A DNA stretch of 64,000 nt from Lama guanicoe (Eukaryota): positions 603,146 through 667,145 of the forward strand of contig MU054400.1 in NCBI GenBank assembly GCA_013239625.1. The letters run 5' to 3'. The notes under the pieces were generated by a model, which saw only the letters and a list, made by a program, of their open reading frames with translations, searched no databases and had not been told where the DNA came from. Below, piece by piece: positions 37,773 through 47,790 of this stretch (within the stretch, counting starts at the first letter, position 1; each line of letters begins with the position of its first letter). Both the position numbers and the translations under genes were made by a program.

Positions 37773-38774
37773 GGGTGTGGAGGGTGCAGGCCGCAGTCTA
37801 AACCCACAGCATGGTCTCTGCACCCCTGCATAAATTCACAGGCAAACGTAAACGGATAACAACAGAAAATGGTGTTGAAACAGCAGGAATCAACAATTCT
37901 GCACAGGAAGCTTTGGGAGATGTTGTTTACTGTTGTCTGCCTGAATTCGGGACAAAATTGACAGACGAGAGGACTTTGGTGCTTTGGAAAGTGTGAAAGC
38001 AGCTAGTGAACTCTATTCTCCTCCATCAGGGGAAGTAACTGAAATTAATGAAGCTCTAGCAGAAAACCCAGGACTTGTCAACAAATCTTATTATGAAGAT
38101 GGTTGACTGATCAAAATGACACCCAGGAACTCTTCAGAACTAGATGAACTAATGAGTAAAGAAGCATATGAGAAACATATAAAATCTATGGAGGAGTGAA
38201 AATGGAGCCCCTAAATAAACTAGTTTGAAACAACTTAATCTAGCATAGTTGTCTTAAATTAGAGGTGGATAGAAGAGTTTTAAAAAGCAACTTTCAGCAA
38301 AAAAAAAAAAAACAAAAAACTTGCAACGTTTTAAGAAGAAAATACCCCTTAACTTCCCAATGACTTCAGATAAACACTACGCATCTTTTTCACAGCACCC
38401 TATGATTTTCAGGGTTAGGCGCTAGTTGTAATATTCAGAATTCCTGAAATTACGTGTGGTAAAACTAGTTACAGAAATTATGTAATTCAAGGATAACATT
38501 ATCTTAAGCCTAACATAATACTGTAACTTGCTTACATCCATCCCTGGATTTGGGTCAAAATACTTAATGATCTTCCCATTGGAAATAACTGGCAGTAGAA
38601 AAATGTTTTTGTTAGTTGTACAGGGTCAGATGAAGAAAAATACTATCTTAATTTTGCAGTATACTGTGTTTGCTGGTGCATTTTTATACAGTGAAGCAGC
38701 AGCCTTGCAGGGAAAGAAAGAGTTTAATAATAAAGTATTCAACTTCTTAATTAAAAAATAAAATAAAATAAAAT
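37773..38774 (+). pseudogene. GCSH: Processed pseudogene of glycine cleavage system H protein (GCSH) in BAG1 intron 4, antisense to BAG1
   Basis: Intronless [26 protein letters not shown] / [66 protein letters not shown](38197); frameshift near 37961; premature TGA 38104-38106; 3' UTR, AATAAA 38729, A-rich tail; 16-bp TSD with 2 mismatches (37757-37772 / 38775-38790). Confidence 0.95.
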
Positions 38775-39348
38775 AAAATAAAAGGATCAAAAGTAAACAT
38801 GGTTTGAGGCTGTTCCTAATCTTTATTTGGTTTCAGCACTCCACCTCTAATACCATAAGGAATTGAGTAGGATGACACCACTCCCCCTTCCCAACCCTAA
38901 GATCGCACTCAACTTAGACCTTCTATGAATCAACACAATGTTCTTTGCCTTGCTAAATACATTATAACAGACTGGACTGAGGGAAGCTACCTACTCTATT
39001 ACACACAATACACAATCCTAACATAGCAGGTGTTCTCCTAGGAGCACAAATGAATACTGACTGGGGTTTGGAAACACCAATGATGATAACACAAAGCACT
39101 TAGTATGTGTCAGGCTCAGACTATGTTATTTAATCTCACAACAATCTGAAGAGGGAGGCGCCATCATTACTCCCTTTTTACAGATAAGGAACCTGAGACA
39201 AAGACAAACTTGCCCAGGGTAATAGAAAGGGGAAAGCCAGGATCTGAACCCAGGGAGTCTAACAACAAAGTCTGCCCTTGTAACCACACATTTGTATCTC
39301 CACAGAGTTCTCAGAGAAGGTAGAAAGTCTAAGTCCACAGACAGTTAC

Positions 39349-39462
39349 CTGCTGGATTCCAGTAAGGTCTTTATTCAACTCTTCCAGTTGGTCAGCTATC
39401 TTCTCCACAGACTTCTCCAAATCTTTCAACTTCTTTAGTTCAGCTTCTTCCTCTGGACTATT
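39349..39462 (-). CDS. BAG1: BAG1 exon 4
   Basis: [41 protein letters not shown] acceptor and GTAACT donor. Confidence 0.96.
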
Positions 39463-39506
39463 CTAAAATGTTAAAGAATAAAATGAAGTCAATAATCACC
39501 AAGAAT

Positions 39507-39622
39507 GGAGGGGAGGATACAGCTCAAATGGCAGAGTGGATGCTTAGCAGGCATGAGGTCCTGGGTTCAATCCCCAGGCCCTTCATTAAAAATAAAATAA
39601 ATATATAAATAAGTAAATAAAA
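39507..39622 (+). mobile_element. Vic-1-like SINE in BAG1 intron 3
   Basis: cagctcaaatggcagag...gggttcaatcccc plus A-rich tail; AAGAAT duplication. Confidence 0.85.
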
Positions 39623-41118
39623 GAATCGTAGCTCCTGTCAGGAAAAAAAATCCGACCACAAGTAGGCTAAAATACTCACCTAGAAAAAAATAGTCTTAAC
39701 TCTGCTGCTTCTTGGAAAGCTAGCTGGAGGGTTATACACTAAAATTTTCTATCTAGAGACTCTAGACTAGAGAGAAAGTATTAGGTACACATTCTGGCGA
39801 GGGCCCTGACAGCTTGGTTCAGAGAATGAAGCCAATCCATGTGCCAGATTCAACCTTAGCTGGGGGCTGATTATCAACAGACTTCAGACTGAGGCCTGGA
39901 GGGTGAATAAATTACAGTGAACATCCATGAGGAGTCCAGGATGGTGAGACAGGTCGAATTCTACTCTTCCTTTGAGTGGAATTCCTGAGCGCTGTCATTC
40001 ATTATGACGATGGTGACAATGATGACCGCTTTTATTGAGCCTGCCCTCTATGCCAGGCATCATCCTTAGCACTTAACCTGTTTTATTGCTTAATCCATAC
40101 CAAAACCCAGTGAAGGAGGTACCCTTTTAGATGATGAAATTGAGGTTATTGTAAAGTAACCTAAAGTCACACAGCCCAAAAAGGTGGAGAGCTGAGACTT
40201 GAAGCAGACTTGGCTCCACACACCCCAGGACAGCTCTAACTGTGGGTCCTAAAGCTTCTTCAAACTCAGCCTTTGGGTTCTCTTCATTGCCCATCACCAT
40301 TCTCCCCGACCCTTGAGCAAGGAATCTAGAATATTTCCCTTTCTCTCACCTGAGCAATTGGTGGCCAGCAGCTTCCTGCTTTTATACTATCCCAAATTGT
40401 TCACATTCTTCTTTGTGGCCAAATCCTGAGTGCCAGTCTCCTGGCAGTTCCAAGTCTGGACTAGACTTTCTTTGCCTCCACTTTGCTAATCTCTGCCCCC
40501 TCTCCACTCTGAATCAGCCGCCTCACTCGAAGTAAGGGAACTTCATATGACCAACAATTCCATTGTGTCACAATGTGGGACTGGCCATGGCCCTCTCTCA
40601 TCCAGCCCAGGGTCTACTGTCCTCACTCCCTTTCCTCACTGACTGGCTCTTTTTCTCCCTCAGTTCTTTAGTCTGAACCTTCCTTTCCAGTCAAAAAAGG
40701 TTCACCCCTGTGGGAGATTTTAGGAGAAAGAATGGCTAAAGAAAGAGAGGTTCTGAAATTTGTAGAGTACTTATTTTTTAAATCTACAAGTTTCTTTTAA
40801 CAAAACTCTCTTTTGTAATCCCCCTCCAAGTGAGTAAAGACTGCTTTAGGCACTTTTTTATCCAGACTGAGATTCCACCACCAACACAAAAGCCATGTTA
40901 TTGAGGCAGCATAATTACTCCTAATTCCCAGAGTAAAGCTCTAACCAACAGGAGCTGGATGGTCTGAGAAAACAAAACTGGTAACTCTACTAAACAAACA
41001 GAGACTCCATTTATTTGGAGAGCGCTACTTCACCAGAGCCAAATCTGGGCCCCCAGTTCTGCCTTCCAAACAGAAACATGCATAACAGATCTTAGTCATT
41101 TGATTCTGAGGTACCCTA

Positions 41119-41301
<183 letters not shown>

Positions 41302-42516
41302 TCAACTAATGAGAAGAGGATAAATCGGTATAACGTTTTAGAAGGTTTCTTGACGCAGTAACTTCATTTCAGATGTTTGCGTAACAAATAACTGGACATG
41401 TGTCTGCCCAGTAATCGTTATACAGAATAAGTATTATTCATAATAGTGAGAATTGAAAAGAGCCAAAAATTCAGGAATAGGGGACTGGTTAACTATATAT
41501 CAGTACAAAAGAAGATTTTGTAGGCATTAAAGCTCATTTTTTCAGGAAACTTCAATGTCTCAGTGTCACAATAAGTGTTGATGGCCCAGTATTATTTTTA
41601 AGAAGTTATATAAACTCTATAATCAATATGATCCTAGTTTTGTCAGCTTAAAAAAAAAAAACCCACAAATAAGAACTCACACTTTGGGGTACCAAGACAA
41701 ACAAAAAAAGGCTGGACAGAAATAGACTGAATTGTTATGAGGGGTTTTATCCAGAACATCCCGTTTTTTGTGCTTTTCTCTATTTTGAAACATGGATTTC
41801 TACTGCCTTTATAATTCTGAAATGAAATGTTTTGAAAAAGAAAAGACAAAGAGTTACACTATGAAATATAAACAGAAATGCTTCCCATCACTAAATTCTT
41901 TATGACTGGCATCAAATGGGATAAATTTGGCTCCAACAGATACCAAAATAATGGGTTCCCGTGGGAATGGGAAGACAGAGAACAGGATGGGAGTGGGTGT
42001 GTCCTGGCAGAAATCAGCATCCTCTGCTGGGCCTGTCATGTCCGGGCCCTGCCAAGTTGGTTTAGCACCTTCTCTGTGTCAGCACTATGGTGAGCATTGT
42101 ACACACTAGTATCTCTGCCCTCGTGGAGTTTGTTTTTCTATCAGAGAAATCAGATGGTCAGTGACTATGAAAACAATTATTTAATAGTAATTTCAGTATA
42201 AGTTATGAAGTGGTAGGGAACTCTGTGTGAACATACGATGGGAAGAGGATCTAACTCAGCCAGGGAAGACTGCCCATGTGCTTCATGGTAAGATTTCTGC
42301 CACCCTCATGTGACTTCAACTCTAATACCTGTCCAGATGTTTGCAAGTGCCTAGTACCTAGAAGGTCCTCAATAAATATTTGTTGAAAGAATAAATGAAA
42401 TAACAAGCAAATAAGATTTGTCCAGTATGAAAACTGAGTTACCATTAGATAAGGTTAAGCAGTTTTAAATAGGCCCTTTAGCTATAAGAGCTCAAAGCTG
42501 GAAGAGAAATGCCCAC

Positions 42517-42645
42517 CCTTAAATATGAGTTTCTGAAAAGGCAGCGGGACCCCTGTGGCCTCTTCAACAACCTGGGCCAGGTCTTGGACAACTGGTTCAC
42601 TACAGCCTTCTTGTGGGATAACATGAAGGTCATGCCTCTCATTGC
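42517..42645 (-). CDS. BAG1: BAG1 exon 2 (ubiquitin-like domain)
   Basis: (S)[45 protein letters not shown] acceptor and GT donor. Confidence 0.96.
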
Positions 42646-43932
42646 CTGGGGAGAGAGAAAAGTGTTGAATGAAGAAAACTCAAACCAATATAGGCTGACA
42701 CTTTATTTATCCAACCTTCAAGGCCCAGTTCATATGCCACCCACTACAAACAGCCTGTGCCCCAATCAGACCAGCTTTCCTTTGGTGACCTGCTCAAGGA
42801 CTTCTATTTCCTTTATTATGGTGACTAACAATATTAGTGATATTAGCTAACGTTAAATAATATCACTTAACATGCATAAGGTGCTGACTAGGCTCATTTC
42901 ATGCATTATCTTATTTAATCTTCAGAACAACCTCATGAAGTAGTTACTACCTATTATCCCCCATTTCACACACAAAGCGAACTGTGAGTTTGGTCCAGTC
43001 CATGAGACTCAACTCCAAAGTCAGAATTTGACCTCAGATCTATGTGCTCCCAAGGAACTATTTTTGTCTCCTTTGCTGTAATAGGCAAGGAACTGTTTTT
43101 CCCTCAGGTCTCTCCCATGGGGCACACCTGGGCACATACTTGGTTGGTGCCCAGTAAATAGACAAATGAGTGAAAGAACTCCAATAGCAGAAATTTTCTT
43201 TTTAGGGCAGGCGTGTCAATTCTTTTCCAGGTATGTTGACAGTAAGGAGGTAATGTATGTCCAGTGCATTATGCCAAGGCTTGAGCCTGCTCAATAGCCA
43301 CATGAAATCAGCAGCACAGGTGTTACCAACTCTTCTTCAAATAGAAGAAAAACGCTGCCTTTGAAGGAGACATCCCAAGGTCACTCAAAACTGCAGAATC
43401 TAGAATCCTAGATTTTGAGGCCCTGGAGTCTCCCCTAGTTGGTCCTGAGGAAACCTCACGGACACAGCTCTCTGGAGAACTGTCTTTGTTTAGATCTGTG
43501 TCAACTCCAACAGTAGGCAGACCCAAAGAGTGCCCTGAATGTATGCTTTGAACCACGGCTCATTCAAAAAGCAGATAGGAGTTGAGACTCCCGCACACAT
43601 GTCCAGACACACAGCAATCATACACAACATGGTCAAACACAAGCCTGGCAAAAGACCCACAATAACTGCGCAGGCACATACTAACACATACAACCAAGAA
43701 CACGACGTGAAGCACGGACACGAGGATCTACCAAATGGCCTGAGTCAAAATACACCAGCCACATGGAAAGGTGTGCTAAAAAGACCCCTACAAAAGCCGG
43801 CCTCACAGATACAAACAAGGTCCCATGCTTCTGGACGCCAGATAAAAACAAGGATACACGCTTCGGGGTACGTGTCCAAACTCACAGACTTTCGTAGCCC
43901 GGCCCGGAGCCCACCCGGCAGCCCCCGCTCAC

Positions 43933-44368
43933 TGTGGGTGACGGTCACGCTGAGCCCTGCTGTCGCCATTTCCTCGCTCTGAGCCACCTCTTCACTCAGG
44001 GCCACCTCTTCGCTTCGGACCACCTCTTCGTTTCGGGCCACCTCTTCGCTCCGGGCCACCTCTTCGTTTCGGGCCACCTCTTCGCTCCGGGCCACCTCTT
44101 CGCTCCGGGTCACCTCTTCGCTCCGGGCCAAGCGAGGCCGCGCTTTCTTCTTCACCCGCGGCCTGCGAGCGCCGGCGGCGGCGCCCCTGGTGGGTCCAGC
44201 ATGCCCGCCGGTCACGCTCCGGACGGCTGATCGCTGCGAGGAAGGCGGACCGCGCTCGGCTGGAGGCACCGACTGGCGCGGCTCCCGGCCCGGCCGAGTG
44301 GCGCGCCGCCGGGGGCCCAGCCGCTCCCGGTCGCCTCGCGTTCTCCGCGCGCCGCCGCGCTCCGCCAG
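43933..44368 (-). CDS. BAG1: BAG1 exon 1 coding part (BAG-1L from CTG at 44368; first in-frame ATG at 43969)
   Basis: LAERGGARRTRGDRERLG...PRVKKKARPR...(xSEEVx)n...MATAGLSVTVTH; CTG in GGT-CTG-G context at the position of the known BAG-1L CUG; donor GTGAGC. Confidence 0.92.
43967..44128 (-). repeat. Coding 18-bp tandem repeat, 9 units (BAG1 acidic hexapeptide repeats)
   Basis: Units such as GCCCGGAGCGAAGAGGTG encoding ARSEEV/TRSEEV/ARNEEV/VRSEEV/ALSEEV/AQSEEM; 162 nt = 9 x 18. Confidence 0.93.
44152..44202 (-). other. Out-of-frame upstream ORF within BAG1 exon 1 (MLDPPGAPPPALAGRG, 16 aa)
   Basis: The only ATG I find between the CUG start and the ATG at 43969; its TGA stop overlaps the GTG at 44155-44153. 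Confidence 0.7.
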
Positions 44369-44778
44369 ACCCGCGCTTGTTGCCCGCCCAGCGGTGGGAG
44401 CTGAGCACGGTGCCCTGCAACCCCGCCCGGCTACTTCCCCGCCCAACCGGGGCCTACCGGCCCCGCCCCTCGGAGCAGCCCAGCTGCAGCTGGGCTCTAT
44501 TCCGCTAAAGCCGCCCAAGGCCCCACCCACTCACCCGAGGCCACGCCCACGATCGGCACCTAGGCCACGCCCCCTGCTAATCCTCCCTGTCCCCACCTCC
44601 AAACTCCTAGAGCTCTCCTTCCCCGGAAGACCCAGCTGAAAATCCGGAAAAGGGATCGGGAAACGCCAATGGGCACATTGCGCTTGCGCACGGGGGGCCG
44701 GAAGTCAAGTCGAAGGCGGAGGTGACTCTGCTTCCGTTTCTGGTCTTGCTGCGGTGTTTTTCTTCTCGGCCGGCCAAG
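44369..44778. promoter_or_regulatory. BAG1/CHMP5 bidirectional CpG-island promoter
   Basis: Divergent starts 410 bp apart; GC boxes (CCCCGCCCC 44461-44469), two GGCCACGCCC, CCAAT 44666-44670, NRF1-like TGCGCTTGCGCA 44679-44690, ETS/GABP CCGGAAGT 44698-44705; no TATA box. Confidence 0.88.
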
Positions 44779-44847
44779 ATGAACCGATTCTTCGGGAAGC
44801 CGAAACCCAAGGCTCCGCCACCCAGCCTGACTGACTGCATTGGCACG
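44779..44847 (+). CDS. CHMP5: CHMP5 exon 1
   Basis: AAGATGA start; [23 protein letters not shown]; donor GTGGGC. Confidence 0.95.
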
Positions 44848-45702
44848 GTGGGCACTCAGCCACGCATAACTAGGCTCAGGGCCCCTAAGAACCCCGACCC
44901 CGCCCACCCCCGGCTCCGACTCCTTCTCCTCCACCCCATTCCTGGTCCCGGGCCCATTACACCTGAGCGCTCTCCACCCCACTTTCCTTCCTGTCACCCG
45001 AGTCATTCCAGACGCCACTAACCGGGGACCCTTAACCCACCACTGTCTCCCCGTCCTTGCACCCTATCCCTTCTGATGTCCAGTGCCGCGTCCGCTCGCC
45101 CTTGCCTTATTTCCTCACCCCAACCAGCCGTAGGCCCACACACAAAGCCACCTCGTCGAGCCCGACCCGTAACTCCTCTTTCATCCCTCATCCCTCTCGC
45201 ACGTCAGGACCCTCGGCTTGATATCCTAGCTCACCATATTTGTACCCCAATCCTGTATCTCAGTAACTCAAAATTGAGAACTCTGACACCTCATGTTAAG
45301 CCACCACCTTCTATCCAAAAGAATAACATTAGATATACAGCCCTAGCCGGGACCCACCAGGCACTAGCCCATTTCACACGCCTCCTGGTTGAGCCCCTAT
45401 CCTTACTCGTCTCCGAGTCTAAGGAAATCTCAACTCAGCCCAGTGATTCGCAAATTATTTTTCTGCTCAAACACAGTTGAGGGTGACCCTGGAATATTAG
45501 TATCTTAGGGGAAGAGTATAAAAGCCCCCCCAGTGTTTCTGACTGGGAATCTTCCTCCCTCCATCATTGGAAATTATCGTTTCCACCTTTCACTATGTGC
45601 TCTCCTTTTTCTTTTCTTCCTCTATATTCATTCCTCTCCTTCCACTTTTCATTTAAATGTATTGCAATAACTACCACTGCCTTTAATTTTTTTTCCCTCA
45701 AG

Positions 45703-45807
45703 GTGGACAGCAGGGCAGAATCCATTGATAAGAAGATCTCTCGACTGGATGCTGAACTAGTGAAGTATAAGGATCAGATCAAGAAGATGAGAGAGGGCCC
45801 TGCAAAG
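45703..45807 (+). CDS. CHMP5: CHMP5 exon 2
   Basis: [38 protein letters not shown] acceptor and GTAAGA donor. Confidence 0.97.
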
Positions 45808-46420
45808 GTAAGATAGGAGGTACCTGCAGAAGGTGCTGTGACAGCCTAATTGGAGCACTTGTGTAAACAGGACCTGTTGGTAGGGCCTGGTGAGAGCTAC
45901 AGAGGAGATGCTCACAGTCTACTAAGGAGAAAATGTATGTGAGGGTGTATTCTTCAGGAAGGAGAATTTGCAGCCAGATATGAGAGGAAGGCTGGGGTTT
46001 GACCTGGTGGAGAGAAGATGCTAATCCCATGTCTAGAAGCATGTACTTGGGAATTAGCATATTCTACTGAGAAGGTGGCCATCTGGAGAGGCTGGGCCAT
46101 GCTCAGGAATAATGAGTTGCTGGGCTGGTCAGGGTAGGTAAGTATAATAGATTGGTTAAGGAGTGGCATGTTGGGAAAAAGTACCAGTGTTGTATTAATG
46201 ATACCATCAATATGTACTAGCTGTGACCTTGATAGAAGTCAGTTTCTTATTTTCCTCTTATATTAAGCAGAAACATAGAGTATTGTATTTAAGTGAATAT
46301 AGAACTACCCTTCTTTTTCCAATCCCCGTAACTTATTAGGCATTTGAGCTAGAGCAAATTACTCAGCCTCACTGAACCTTGGTTTTTCCCATCTGTAAAA
46401 TGGGGATAATATCTACTTCA

Positions 46421-46563
46421 GGGGGAAGGATATAGCTCAGTTGGTTGAGTGTATGCTTAGCATGCACGAGGTCCTGGGTTCAATCCGTGGTACCTCCATT
46501 AGATAAATAAATATACCTAATTACCTCCCCCACCAAAATAAAAAATAAACATTAAAAAAAAAC
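46421..46563 (+). mobile_element. Vic-1-like SINE nested in a MIR (about 46340-46650)
   Basis: SINE interrupts the MIR core catctgtaaaatggggataat | gtgagaattaaatgag. Confidence 0.88.
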
Positions 46564-47366
46564 CCTGCTTCATAGTGTGAGAATTAAATGAGGTAATTTA
46601 TGTGCCCTAGCACTGTGCCTAGTACATAGAAATGTTCAGTTAGGTATTATTATCTGTGAAGTAATAAAATCTGCTTTTCCTTCTTCATTGGAGGAGACAA
46701 ATAAAATGGTTTATGAAACAGTACAGAAGGGGAAGTGACAAGAGGATTTTCTCCGCCATCTTAGTTGGATGGCATGGAATGAGGAGCCACCAGAGGCGGA
46801 AAGCTCACCTAGACTTGAGGAGATGAAAGCCTAAATCATGGTGGTAGTCATGAGAATGACATGAAAGGAGTCAATTTGAAAGTGAGTTCTGAAAATCTAA
46901 CACGATGACAGTGCATGAAGAGACAACAGAGAGGGGAAAGGTAAGGTTGGTATAACGGTTCTCAGCCTAGAGAAGTGAGAGACTGGTGGGGCCATTGTTA
47001 GTAAGTTCCAAGATGAGAGCAGGTGGAGGAGTGTGGGCATGGTGAGTTTGAGTGGATAGCAGATTGTCCAAATTGGGACTCTCCCTAAGGCACCTGGAAA
47101 GACAAAATCAGCCCTCTTGGGGCTGGGAGTAGAGATGATATGCACTAGGAAAAGAAAATTACCTCAGTACCCTGAGATACGAGATGCAAGGACAGAGGCA
47201 AGCCAGGGCTTGAAGGCTGCTTAGGAGGTGAAAAATCCAGGAGCCACTGTGTCCACTGCTTTGAAGACGAGAGGAACTAGGTATATGAGTCTGAAGATAT
47301 GGAAGATTTCTTTTACCATATGTATATTTTCTACTTCCTTTCAATAAATTCTATTTTTCTTCCTAG

Positions 47367-47413
47367 AATATGGTCAAGCAGAAAGCCTTGCGGGTTTTAA
47401 AGCAAAAGCGGAT
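47367..47413 (+). CDS. CHMP5: CHMP5 exon 3
   Basis: NMVKQKALRVLKQKR(M); TAG acceptor and GTAAGT donor. Confidence 0.96.
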
Positions 47414-47589
47414 GTAAGTTATAAACATAATCTCCTTTCCTCTAGCAGGTTTAACCAAAAGAGAAATTGTATTCCATCCCTTTAGTTTTTCATACCACTT
47501 TAAAAGCATTCTTGAGTTAATTGCAAATTTCATTTACACATATAATTGGCTGAGTTGTTCTTCCCCTGCATGTTCAGCAGCGTCTATTG

Positions 47590-47790
47590 CAGCACTGTCC
47601 ATCTAAAGAACTTTTTGCTGTGTTGGGAGGTATTTTATATCTATGCTGTTCAATACAGTAGCTATTACCATGGCTATTAAGCACTTGAAATGTGGCTAGT
47701 GTGACTAAGGAACTCAAGTTTTTGTTTTATTTAATTTTAACAGTTTAAGTAGCCATTTGTGGTTAGTGGCTTCTCTATTGGACTGCCCAG
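47590..47790 (+). mobile_element. MER3-like hAT MITE
   Basis: cagcactgtcca...gcacttgaaatgtggctagtgtgactaaggaact...tattggactgcccag. Confidence 0.8.

Noticed and set aside
37811..37996. 61-aa ORF as a functional GCSH paralogue
   Set aside because: It frameshifts before the lipoyl-lysine, a downstream premature stop is present, the transit peptide is missing and retrocopy hallmarks are clear.
43967..44128. Regular repeat array as a CRISPR-like locus
   Set aside because: Units are contiguous with no spacers, encode BAG1 protein in frame, and the DNA is mammalian.
43745..44530. 261-aa ORF as a single-exon protein
   Set aside because: It is BAG1 exon 1 read from a GTG in the promoter and on through the donor after 43933 into intron 1; only 44368-43933 is credible coding sequence.
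43934..44639. Overlapping ORFs with GHLFAP and RRGGPE repeats and other GC-rich ORFs
   Set aside because: These are alternative-frame and antisense shadows of the BAG1 18-bp repeat and the stop-poor CpG island.
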